64,000 nt of DNA from Flavobacteriales bacterium (GTDB taxonomy: Bacteria > Bacteroidota > Bacteroidia > Flavobacteriales_F > PHOS-HE28): NCBI GenBank assembly GCA_016710015.1, contig JADJLR010000008.1, positions 6,891 through 70,890 on the forward strand. The letters are read 5' to 3'. Each line of letters starts with the position of its first letter. The stretch's first letter is position 1. Of the stretch, positions 10,112-18,746 are shown piece by piece. The notes under the pieces were generated by a model. It was not told the DNA's origin. It saw only the letters and a program-made list of their open reading frames with translations, and made no database searches. The position numbers were made by a program, and so were the translations under genes.

Positions 10112-11242
10112 TTACTGTTTGAAGAAGCCCTTCACCGTGTCGGTGATGTGCGTGAGTTGTTCGTTATCCAGTTCTGTGCTCATGGGTAAAGAGAGCACTT
10201 CGTGCGTGAGTTGTTCCGTTACCGGGAGGGAACCTTCCGGAAAGCGGGTGGACTTGTACGCAGCCTGCATGTGACAGGATACAGGGTAGTAGATCATCGC
10301 AGGAATACCGTGCGCTTCCAGGTGCTGCTTTAGACTGTCCCGATGCCCCCCAGTAACACGCATGGTGTATTGGTGAAAGACGTGGTCACTGTTACTGCTT
10401 CGGGCCGGTGTGGAGATGTGCGCCAGATCCGCAAAGGCCTTGTCGTACGTGCTTGCCACTGCATTCCGCGCCGCACTGTATGCATCCAACTTCCGCAGTT
10501 TGATCCGTAGGATGGCAGCCTGCATGGCATCCAAGCGGCTGTTCACCCCAACCACTTCATGGTAGTAGCGCACATCGCTGCCGTGGTTGCACACTTTGCG
10601 GATCCGTTTGGCCAGATCGTCATCATTGGTGAAAATGGCACCGCCGTCCCCATAGCAACCTAGATTCTTACTGGGGAAGAAACTGGTGGTACCGATGTGG
10701 CCGATCGTCCCGCTTTTCTTTTTGGTGCCATCGCTGAAGGTGTAGTCGCTGCCGATGGCTTGGCAGTTGTCCTCGATCACGAACAGATCGTGCTCCTTGG
10801 CGATGGCCATGATGGGATCCATGTCCGCCGTTTGACCGAACAGGTGTACTGGGACGATGGCCTTCGTCTTTGGGGTGATCTTGCGCATGATGTCGGCCGG
10901 ATCGATGTTGAATGTACCGGGCAACACATCGGCGAAAACGGGTTCGATCCCCAACAGTGCTACGACCTCTACGGTGGCCACGAAGGTGAACGAAGGGGTG
11001 ATCACCTCATCACCGGGCTTCAATCCCAAGGCCATCATGGCGATCTGGAGCGCATCGGTGCCATTTGCACAGGCAATGACCTCTTCTGCTTTCAGGTAGG
11101 CCGCCAATTCCTTCTCGAACTCCTTCACTTCCGGTCCATTGATGAAGGCCGCGCTGTCGATGACCCGCTGCAAGGCCGCATCCACCTCGGACTTGATCTT
11201 CTGGTATTGGCCGACGAGGTCGACCATTTGAATGGGTTTCAT
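10112..11242 (-). CDS. DegT/DnrJ/EryC1/StrS aminotransferase, WbpE-like
   Basis: Sugar aminotransferase pattern (ACANGTDAL, FFPSKNLGCYGDGG with PLP lysine). Start trimmed to MKPIQMVDL at 11242. Confidence 0.85.
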   Translation of the reverse strand: MKPIQMVDLVGQYQKIKSEVDAALQRVIDSAAFINGPEVKEFEKELAAYLKAEEVIACANGTDALQIAMMALGLKPGDEVITPSFTFVATVEVVALLGIEPVFADVLPGTFNIDPADIMRKITPKTKAIVPVHLFGQTADMDPIMAIAKEHDLFVIEDNCQAIGSDYTFSDGTKKKSGTIGHIGTTSFFPSKNLGCYGDGGAIFTNDDDLAKRIRKVCNHGSDVRYYHEVVGVNSRLDAMQAAILRIKLRKLDAYSAARNAVASTYDKAFADLAHISTPARSSNSDHVFHQYTMRVTGGHRDSLKQHLEAHGIPAMIYYPVSCHMQAAYKSTRFPEGSLPVTEQLTHEVLSLPMSTELDNEQLTHITDTVKGFFKQ

Positions 11243-11333
11243 GCGCCTTGTTCCCATTGAAAACGGGAGCGCGAAGATAATGCCGCACATCGGCTTGCGG
11301 GGCCGCACCTCCAAAGCGCCTTCTGCGCAGCGC

Positions 11334-11341
11334 TACCTTCG
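11334..11341 (+). promoter_or_regulatory. -7 box variant TACCTTCG
   Basis: One mismatch to TAnnTTTG, followed by GCAGCC as at the metK and rplU boxes. Only 5 nt lie before ATG 11347. Confidence 0.3.
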
Positions 11342-11346
11342 CAGCC

Positions 11347-12102
11347 ATGGCTCTCGCTCGGACCCTGCTCACCTTGATCAGTACGGCAACGTTGCTCACG
11401 GTATCCGCCCAGACCATTGGCGATACCACCATTGCCTTGGTGGTGGTGCAAGCGAATTATGCCCAACAATTCCCCGGTGGCGACCTTGTGGATCGATTCG
11501 GGACCAACAGCAATATCGGCTTGGGTGCTTTCCGCAAATTCAGCAACAATTACACCTTGGGTGGTGAAGGGAGCTTCATGTTCGGCAACAAGGTGGTGGA
11601 GCCGGGCATCTTGCGCAACGTGATCAACAGTGCCGGGCAGATCGTGGACAACACGGGGGAGCAGGCCGATGTCTTTCTCTATGAACGGGGCTGGTCAGCG
11701 TTCGCGACCGTGGGCCGCATATTCCCGCTCTTCGGTCCGAACCCGAATTCCGGTCTTCACCTGAAACTTGGTGGTGGTTACCTACGGCACAAGGTGCGTG
11801 TGCAAACGCAGAAGAATGTGGTTCCGCAGTTGGAGGATGAATATCTGGAAGGGTACGATCGGCTTTCCGCAGGGCCTGCCGCACTGGCCTACCTCGGCTA
11901 TCAGCACCTCAGCAACAAGGGGCGCGTCAACTTCCATATCGGACTGGAGTTCATGGCAGGCTTCACCCAGGCGCTGCGGGCTTACAATTTCGATACCGAG
12001 CAATACAATACACCGAACCGCTTGGACCTACTCAGTGGGGTCCGTGCGGGGTGGAGCCTTCCGATCTACAAGAAGTTGGACACCGGTTTCCACTACTACT
12101 GA
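11347..12102 (+). CDS. Secreted hypothetical protein, probable outer-membrane beta-barrel
   Basis: Signal peptide MALARTLLTLISTATLLTVSAQ, alternating-polarity strands, aromatic C-terminus FHYY. The stop overlaps the waaA ATG by 1 nt. Confidence 0.6.
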   Translation: MALARTLLTLISTATLLTVSAQTIGDTTIALVVVQANYAQQFPGGDLVDRFGTNSNIGLGAFRKFSNNYTLGGEGSFMFGNKVVEPGILRNVINSAGQIVDNTGEQADVFLYERGWSAFATVGRIFPLFGPNPNSGLHLKLGGGYLRHKVRVQTQKNVVPQLEDEYLEGYDRLSAGPAALAYLGYQHLSNKGRVNFHIGLEFMAGFTQALRAYNFDTEQYNTPNRLDLLSGVRAGWSLPIYKKLDTGFHYY

Positions 12103-13394
12103 TGGCCTTCCTCATTCGATCGGGCACCGCGTTGTACCATGCCGGGATCAAGCTGGCCGCACCATTCATGCCCAAGGCCAAGCGTTGGGTGGATGGGCGC
12201 AAGGGACTTTGGGGTCGGTTGGAAGTGAAAGCCAGTGCATTGCAAGGTTGCCTTTGGATCCATTGCGCCAGCGTCGGTGAATTCGAGCAGGCACGGCCCA
12301 TTCTGGAAAGCGTTCAGCGCGAGCGAACGGGACTTCCGGTGCTGGTCACGTTCTTCAGTCCGAGCGGATATGAAGCTCGTATGGATTTCCCTGGGCTGAC
12401 CCATGTGGAGTACCTGCCACCTGATACGGCCGTGAATGCGCAACGCTTGGTGGCGCTGATCCGACCGAAGGCCGCGATCTTCATCAAGTACGAATTCTGG
12501 TTCCATCATTTGTCCGCTTTGAAGAAGGCCCATGTTCCCACCTTCCTCGTCAGCGCCATCTTCCGGCCTTCGCAACCCTTCTTTCGTTGGTTCGGTGGTG
12601 GACACCGGGCCTTGTTACGTTGCTACACCCACCTCTTCGTGCAGGACGATCGCTCGCGGAAGTTGCTCGCCAGCATCGGCATCGGGCAGGTGAGTGTGAG
12701 TGGGGATACCCGCTTCGATCGGGTGAAGGCGGTGGTGGATACCAACAGTTCGTTGCCTATCGTGGCAGCATTCCAGACGGCCGCCTCCTACCCGGTCCTC
12801 GTTGCCGGTAGCACGTGGCCTGCGGACGATGTGTGCATTGCGAAGGCTTTGCGAACATTCGGACGGCCCATTCGGACATTGATCGCGCCGCATGAGGAGG
12901 ATGTTGCGCAACGCGATGCGATCTCCAAGAACATGCCTGCTCCCGTTACCTTATGGTCCAAGGTGGAACAGGCGCTCGCTGCTTCCCAACCGCCAAGCAC
13001 CGAACCGGGTGTGCCCCCGGAAGAAGACCTTCTGAGTGCCATGACCATGGTGATGGATCGCATGGGCTTTCTCTCTAGGGTGTACAAGTATGCCGACATA
13101 ACATACGTGGGCGGTGGCTTCGGCCCAGGGATCCACAACACCTTGGAAGCCGCCGCTTGGGGCAAACCGGTGATCTTCGGACCAAACCACCAGCGCTTTG
13201 CCGAAGCACTGGGCTTGATCGAAGTAGGTGCCGGATTCCCAGTGCGCAATGCAGATGAATTCGGCGCTGTTCTACACCGTTTGCTCCACGACCAAGTGGC
13301 GTTGGACGCTGCTTCGATGGCTGCCTTCAACTACGTGGCACAACGCACCGGTGCCACCGAGAAGGTGATGCAGGGCATTCGAGGTTCGTTGTGA
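12102..13394 (+). CDS. waaA: 3-deoxy-D-manno-octulosonic acid (Kdo) transferase
   Basis: WIHCASVGEFEQARP, FFSPSGY, GGGFGPGIHNTLEAAAWGKPVIFGP motifs characteristic of KdtA/WaaA. Start trimmed to ATG 12102. Confidence 0.9.
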   Translation: MAFLIRSGTALYHAGIKLAAPFMPKAKRWVDGRKGLWGRLEVKASALQGCLWIHCASVGEFEQARPILESVQRERTGLPVLVTFFSPSGYEARMDFPGLTHVEYLPPDTAVNAQRLVALIRPKAAIFIKYEFWFHHLSALKKAHVPTFLVSAIFRPSQPFFRWFGGGHRALLRCYTHLFVQDDRSRKLLASIGIGQVSVSGDTRFDRVKAVVDTNSSLPIVAAFQTAASYPVLVAGSTWPADDVCIAKALRTFGRPIRTLIAPHEEDVAQRDAISKNMPAPVTLWSKVEQALAASQPPSTEPGVPPEEDLLSAMTMVMDRMGFLSRVYKYADITYVGGGFGPGIHNTLEAAAWGKPVIFGPNHQRFAEALGLIEVGAGFPVRNADEFGAVLHRLLHDQVALDAASMAAFNYVAQRTGATEKVMQGIRGSL

Positions 13395-13397
13395 AGA

Positions 13398-15023
13398 TCA
13401 CTTCGAATCCGTGGAGAACTCGATCCGAACAGGCAGGAAACGACCGCTCACGAGCTTCTCCGTCCCCAACGCGATATACTCGGAATCGCCCGTGCGCACC
13501 AAGTTCCACCCGCTGATGAAGTCCACATCACGGCCTGACTTCAACACCGGCTTGATCTTGTACTCGCCTTTCTCATCGAAGGAAACGTAGGCCGAGTATG
13601 GATCCTTCATGTGGTTGGGTGTGATCTTCTCCCCGGCCTTCCGGCGCTCGGCCATCTCTTCGCTATCCAGCACGAAGAGGAATACCGAATCGTCGTATTC
13701 GGCAGCGAACACCCGCCCAAGGATGGGTGAGCTGCTCACCAACCAGCGGCGAAAGGTGCTGCTCCACAGTTCCGCTCCAGATGCCTTCATGTTGCGCACT
13801 TGGATCGGACCGTGCGCGTACCGCGTCACCGAACGCTTGGCGCTCATATCGTAGTACTCGTACGAATAGAACAACTCATTCACCAGAAAGAACCCACCGT
13901 CCTTCTTGGGAAGCAGGTCGATGAGGTCTGTACCGGCCGCCATGCGCTTCTTGTCCTTCTCCACGAATTTGGCTCCGGGCTCTTCTTCCGGCTCTCCCTC
14001 AGCATCCAACCCGCCCTCCTCGTGAAAGGGCAACATCATGGGCTCGGTGAACGCCATGGTCGAATCGAAGATGGTGATGAAGTTTCCCAGCGTGCTCAGT
14101 TTCTTGTCCGAAGCCTTGGCATAGACACCCGCAAAAGCGATGCGGTCATCCGCCAACCCTTGTAGGATGGCGCTGCTCGGGAATACATCGCGTCCCAGAT
14201 CCACATTCGCCTCTACCGCGCCTTCGGCGGAAATGCGCACCAACTTGATCTCGAAATTCACCTCGTCTTCCACGACCTCCTTGTTGCTGAACTTGTTCTT
14301 CAGCACCATGTATGCGTTCCCATTGTCGTCCATGGCCACATCCAGGATGCTGGAGCGATCCGCTTTCTCCGCCACCGGCACCACGTGTTGCCACAGGACC
14401 TCCATGTCCTTGCCGACCATGGCGAACAGGTAAAAGGCCTGTCCGGATCCGCCGCGGATCTCCGGACTGCGGATGAGCATGTGCGAGGAATCACGCGACA
14501 CATCCACCATGAAGGGGGCCCGGATGGCTTCTCCTGCGCTCACCACCAATGGTCGCTTCGTCTTCACATCCACAGGCCACGATACCAGGCGCTCGTATGG
14601 CGGAGGTAAGCGTGTAAGGTTGCGTTCCAGTACTTGGAAATAGATCGTGGTATGCTCTCCTTCCGAACGGGCGATCATCAATGGTCTTCCATCGAAGTAG
14701 ACCATGTCCTCCAACAACAACTTGGTGCCGTTGGTCAGTTTGGTGACCGGTTCTTGCCCACGGATGTACGTGAGTTTTTCGCGGTCGTAGAGATCGAGCT
14801 GGCCTTTCAGCGATCCGAAGGCCCGCACATCGAATTCGCCATTCCGGAACATCATGATGGCGTTCGGGCTGCTGCGCACGATGCTGTATGGCCGCAAGCG
14901 TGCATCGGCCTCACGATCGCTGCTGATCTTCACACGGACACGCGTCTGGTCCGATTGAGCTTGGGAGAGGGTCAGTGTCGCAAGCGAAACGCAGGCAATG
15001 ACGAGGCGAATTGGAAGGCACAT
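13398..15023 (-). CDS. Secreted hypothetical protein (541 aa)
   Basis: The internal ATG 15023 gives signal peptide MCLPIRLVIACVSLATLTLSQAQ. Long uninterrupted ORF with no motif I can name. Confidence 0.6.
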   Translation of the reverse strand: MCLPIRLVIACVSLATLTLSQAQSDQTRVRVKISSDREADARLRPYSIVRSSPNAIMMFRNGEFDVRAFGSLKGQLDLYDREKLTYIRGQEPVTKLTNGTKLLLEDMVYFDGRPLMIARSEGEHTTIYFQVLERNLTRLPPPYERLVSWPVDVKTKRPLVVSAGEAIRAPFMVDVSRDSSHMLIRSPEIRGGSGQAFYLFAMVGKDMEVLWQHVVPVAEKADRSSILDVAMDDNGNAYMVLKNKFSNKEVVEDEVNFEIKLVRISAEGAVEANVDLGRDVFPSSAILQGLADDRIAFAGVYAKASDKKLSTLGNFITIFDSTMAFTEPMMLPFHEEGGLDAEGEPEEEPGAKFVEKDKKRMAAGTDLIDLLPKKDGGFFLVNELFYSYEYYDMSAKRSVTRYAHGPIQVRNMKASGAELWSSTFRRWLVSSSPILGRVFAAEYDDSVFLFVLDSEEMAERRKAGEKITPNHMKDPYSAYVSFDEKGEYKIKPVLKSGRDVDFISGWNLVRTGDSEYIALGTEKLVSGRFLPVRIEFSTDSK

Positions 15024-15112
15024 GGGGCGGGGTAAGAGGGGTCGCAAAATAGGTGTCGGGATCCGAATGACAAGCCCCGTGCCACGGTACATCGCAAAGA
15101 GCTCAGGTCGGA

Positions 15113-15448
15113 TCAGCCCAACTTGGGATTGGACCGGTGGCGACCCTCGTCTCGTTGGGTCCGCTTCTGCATGGCCGCGTGCCACGCACTTTCCAGGTCG
15201 GTACCGGTCTGGTTGGCAAGACAGAGCACCACGAAGAGCACATCGGCAAGCTCTTCGCCCAGGTCCTTGGTCCGGTCGCTCTCCTTCTCACTCTGCTCCC
15301 CATACCGCCGGGCCATGATGCGCGCCACCTCGCCCACCTCCTCGGTAAGCATGGCCAGATTGGTGAGTGGATCGAAATAACGCACTCCGGTCGTCTGGAT
15401 CCATTGGTCCACTTCCGTCCTTAACGCTTCTATGGGTCCGTCGCTCAT
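15113..15448 (-). CDS. MazG-like nucleotide pyrophosphohydrolase domain protein
   Basis: LTEEVGEVAR...LGEELADVLFVVLCLAN, the EExxE/ExxD motifs of small MazG/YpjD proteins. The ATG overlaps the dtd stop (ATGA). Confidence 0.8.
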   Translation of the reverse strand: MSDGPIEALRTEVDQWIQTTGVRYFDPLTNLAMLTEEVGEVARIMARRYGEQSEKESDRTKDLGEELADVLFVVLCLANQTGTDLESAWHAAMQKRTQRDEGRHRSNPKLG

Positions 15449-15897
15449 TCGCGTAGTTTGCTGTCGATCACGATCGTGACCGGTCCATCGTTGACCAAGT
15501 GAACTTGCATGTCGGCACCGAATTCCCCTGTGCGGACAGTGCGCCCCAGTAATTCCGTGAGCCGTTGTTTAGCCCGTAGGTAAAGGGGCATCGCTTCTTC
15601 TGGCCGCGCGGCGCGTATGTAACTGGGCCGGTTGCCCTTCGCGGTGCTCGCTTGCAAGGTGAACTGCGAGATCACCAGCAACTCGCCATGCGCTTCAATG
15701 ATGTCGAGGTTCATCACCCGATCCATATCGGGGAAGATGCGCATGCGCACGATCTTGCAACAGAGCCACTCGAGGTCCGCTTCCGTATCGCCTACCTCGA
15801 TGCCGAGCAGTACGAGCAAGCCCGCACCTATGGAAGCATACCGCTCCCTGTGGATATCCACTGCAGCTTCCCGGACCCGTTGCACCACCGCCCTCAT
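15445..15897 (-). CDS. dtd: D-aminoacyl-tRNA deacylase
   Basis: MRAVVQRV...LLVLLG...ISQFTL...G.RPS...A motifs, about 150 aa. Start trimmed to ATG 15897. Confidence 0.9.
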   Translation of the reverse strand: MRAVVQRVREAAVDIHRERYASIGAGLLVLLGIEVGDTEADLEWLCCKIVRMRIFPDMDRVMNLDIIEAHGELLVISQFTLQASTAKGNRPSYIRAARPEEAMPLYLRAKQRLTELLGRTVRTGEFGADMQVHLVNDGPVTIVIDSKLRE

Positions 15898-15898
15898 C

Positions 15899-16738
15899 CT
15901 ACTTGCCGTTCCGTTGGAACCATTCCTCCGTTCGCCGAAGCCTCTCCGCATCGCTCTCTTTGCCTTGAATGGCATCGCGGTATGTGCCATACATCGGATT
16001 GGGCAGTAGAATGAAATAGTTACTCAAGCTATCGGCCATGGCATCCACCACTCCCTTGCCGTAGTTCGCGGCGCGATCCTTGAAACGCTCATCGAAATCG
16101 CGGAGCTGATCGCCGACCATTAGCACGATGCGGTGCGTGGCCGACACGTTGGCGCGACGTTCGGTCTTGTCGCTCGCACCGTCCATCAACAATAGGTGTG
16201 CTTCGTCGGCAAAAGGGAATCCGAGGTCGTTGAGGTTCTTCAAGGTGCTTGCCCGTTCGCGGATATCGCGGTTGGTGATGTAGAAGACCTCGCAGCCAAG
16301 GCTCTTCGTGTGCAATAAGAAATCCAGTGCGCCCGGCGATGCGGCTGCCGATGCCTTGTCCGTCCACACCTTCCAGTCCGCTTGATCAAAGGTGCGGGCG
16401 TTGCGTATGGCACCGACTTGATACGGGCTATTGTCCAGAACGGTCTCGTCGATATCCACCACCACCGCAGCGGGCTTCGCACTTTCCGTGGCCAAGTTCT
16501 TCGCCAGTTTCTCCTTGGCATGCGCGTAGGCTTGTTGGTAGATCCAATAGACCTCGGCCGAGGTGCTTTGCCAAAGCACAGCATCCACTCCCATCTGGGA
16601 CAGTTCGGCCTCCGGGTCCGGGATCACGGAAGGCGCGTAGGCCACAGGAGGTGCTACCACAACGGCTTTCGGCGGATTGCACGCTAAAAGTCCAATAACG
16701 AAGAACGGGAGAAGCGAACGGTTCATCATGGCATTCAT
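15899..16738 (-). CDS. Class C acid phosphatase / 5'-nucleotidase lipoprotein e(P4) family
   Basis: Lipobox GLLAC. HAD motif VVVDIDETVLDNSPYQ plus downstream YITNR and GDQLRDF. Confidence 0.8.
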   Translation of the reverse strand: MNAMMNRSLLPFFVIGLLACNPPKAVVVAPPVAYAPSVIPDPEAELSQMGVDAVLWQSTSAEVYWIYQQAYAHAKEKLAKNLATESAKPAAVVVDIDETVLDNSPYQVGAIRNARTFDQADWKVWTDKASAAASPGALDFLLHTKSLGCEVFYITNRDIRERASTLKNLNDLGFPFADEAHLLLMDGASDKTERRANVSATHRIVLMVGDQLRDFDERFKDRAANYGKGVVDAMADSLSNYFILLPNPMYGTYRDAIQGKESDAERLRRTEEWFQRNGK

Positions 16739-17697
16739 CGGTCCAGGCGATAGGGACCGTCTTCGTCCACGCCCTTCAACATGTCAAGGTAACTGTTGTA
16801 TCGACTCGCAGCGATCTCGCCTTCTTCCACACCCTTCAACACGGCACAACCCGGTTCATCCTTGTGCAGGCAATCGTTGAATCGGCAATCCCCTTTGCGC
16901 GCGAACATCTCGGGAAACTGATCGCCGATCTCCTCGACCCGCATATCCACCAAGCCGAACCCTTTGATCCCGGGGGTATCGATGATGAAGGTCGGTTTCT
17001 CGTGGTCGCCGTTGAGCTTCAGTTCATACATCTCCGCGTTCGTGGTGGTGTGCTGGCCCTTCTCACTGCTTTCACTGATCTCCTCCGTCCAAAGTTCAAG
17101 ATCCGGATCGATGGCATTGATCAAGGTGCTCTTCCCTACCCCGCTATGCCCCGCCACCAGCGTGACCTTGCCAGCCAACAGCGCGATCACCTCTTGCACA
17201 CCTTTGCCCTTGAGCGCCGCCGTCATCAGTACGCGGTAACCTGCCTCCTGGTACGTATCCACCAGGTCCAACAACTCCTCCTGTTCCTCCTCGTCCAGAT
17301 CGTCGATCTTGTTCACCACGATCACGGCGGGCACTTGGTATGCTTCCGCCGTGACCAGCATGCGATCGATGAAGCCGAAGGAAGTTCGCGGCCGTGCGAC
17401 GGTGACCATCAAGAGCATCTGATCCAGGTTGGCGGCGAGAACGTGCTTGTGGTGCGAGAGATTCACGCTTCGACGGACGACGTAGTTGGTGCGATCCTGT
17501 AACTCCAGGATCGCCCCGATGTGATCGTCGTCCACCTGCGGTTCATATTCCACGCGATCACCAACGGCCACCGGGTTGGTGCTCTTCCAACCCTTGATGC
17601 GCAGGCTTCCCTTCGCCACACAAACGTGGTGCTCGCCGCCCTCTCCGCGAACGAGGTAACGGCTTCCGGTGGAACGAAGGATGAGTCCGATAGGCAT
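16735..17697 (-). CDS. rsgA: Ribosome small-subunit-dependent GTPase A
   Basis: Circularly permuted GTPase (VVNKIDD...GHSGVGKSTLIN) and C-terminal zinc motif CRFNDCLHKDEPGCAV. Start trimmed to MPIGLIL. Confidence 0.9.
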   Translation of the reverse strand: MPIGLILRSTGSRYLVRGEGGEHHVCVAKGSLRIKGWKSTNPVAVGDRVEYEPQVDDDHIGAILELQDRTNYVVRRSVNLSHHKHVLAANLDQMLLMVTVARPRTSFGFIDRMLVTAEAYQVPAVIVVNKIDDLDEEEQEELLDLVDTYQEAGYRVLMTAALKGKGVQEVIALLAGKVTLVAGHSGVGKSTLINAIDPDLELWTEEISESSEKGQHTTTNAEMYELKLNGDHEKPTFIIDTPGIKGFGLVDMRVEEIGDQFPEMFARKGDCRFNDCLHKDEPGCAVLKGVEEGEIAASRYNSYLDMLKGVDEDGPYRLDR

Positions 17698-17828
17698 CTG
17701 GCGATCACTTGTTGAGGGCCGCTGACGGTGTACAAAGATGCGCCGGTTCTCGTTGCACCCTCGTGCGGGCATACGCCACACGCTACTTTCGCACCATCCG
17801 CGCAACATGGAAAGTGCGGATCCCAAGC

Positions 17829-18743
17829 ATGTCGATCTCCGTTCGCCACATCACCAAGAACTACGGCAGCCAGAAAGCGTTGGACGACATCTCTTTTGAA
17901 GTGGGCGCTGGTGAAGTGGTCGGTTTCCTCGGTCCGAATGGCGCTGGCAAGAGCACGTTGATGAAGATCCTCACGTGCTTCCTTCCACCCACCAGCGGAA
18001 GCGCCAGCGTTGCTGGATCCGACATCTACTCGCAAAGCCTGAAGGTTCGCCGTAACGTGGGTTACCTGCCCGAGCACAACCCTTTGTACTTGGACCTGTA
18101 CGTGAAGGAATACCTCGAACTGGTCAGTGGCCTTCACGGTTTGAAGGACCGAAGCGCGCGCGTGAAGCGTATGATCGAGCAAGTGGGCTTGGGGCCGGAG
18201 CAGCACAAGCTGATCGGTGCCTTGAGCAAGGGCTACCGCCAGCGCGTAGGGCTGGCGCAGGCCATGATCCACGACCCGCAGGTGCTGATCCTGGATGAAC
18301 CCACGAGCGGCTTGGACCCGAATCAATTGGTGGAGGTACGCGCATTGATCAAACGCATCGGCGAAGAGAAGACGATACTGCTGAGCACCCACATCATGCA
18401 GGAAGTGGAAGCGATCTGCGACCGGGTGATCATCATCGACAAAGGCCGGTTGGTGGCGGACGATAAGGCCAAAGTGTTGCGCAGCGGCAAGTTGCAGCGC
18501 GAAGCACTGGAAATTGAATTCGGCCAAGACGTGCGCGCCGATCTGTTGTTGAACATTCCAGGTGTCTTGTTGGCCGAGAACAAGCAAGGCGACCAATGGA
18601 TCTTGGCACACGATGCTTCCGTGGACATACGGCCCGCCGTGTTCCAGTTCGCGGTGGACCATCAACTCCAGGTCCTCGGCATGCAGAAGAGCGAACGGGC
18701 CTTGGAAGATGTCTTCAAGGAATTGACCCGACCGAAGTCCTGA
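17829..18743 (+). CDS. gldA: ABC transporter ATP-binding protein, GldA-like (gliding motility-associated)
   Basis: GPNGAGKST Walker A, LSKGYRQRVGLA signature, ILDEPTSGLD Walker B. About 304 aa with N-terminus MSISVRHITKNYG, as in GldA. The phylum context (T9SS cargo) fits. Confidence 0.7.
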   Translation: MSISVRHITKNYGSQKALDDISFEVGAGEVVGFLGPNGAGKSTLMKILTCFLPPTSGSASVAGSDIYSQSLKVRRNVGYLPEHNPLYLDLYVKEYLELVSGLHGLKDRSARVKRMIEQVGLGPEQHKLIGALSKGYRQRVGLAQAMIHDPQVLILDEPTSGLDPNQLVEVRALIKRIGEEKTILLSTHIMQEVEAICDRVIIIDKGRLVADDKAKVLRSGKLQREALEIEFGQDVRADLLLNIPGVLLAENKQGDQWILAHDASVDIRPAVFQFAVDHQLQVLGMQKSERALEDVFKELTRPKS

Positions 18744-18746
18744 TCG

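Noticed and set aside
12051-12101. N-terminal extensions in the ORF track, for example at 12051, 38962, 17709, 15990, 17826, 6156, 10098, 11314, 15185 and 61638
   Set aside because: The track reports the longest ATG/GTG/TTG ORF. The extensions overlap the preceding gene or lack family-typical sequence, while internal starts give canonical N-termini and characteristic ATGA/GTGA junctions.
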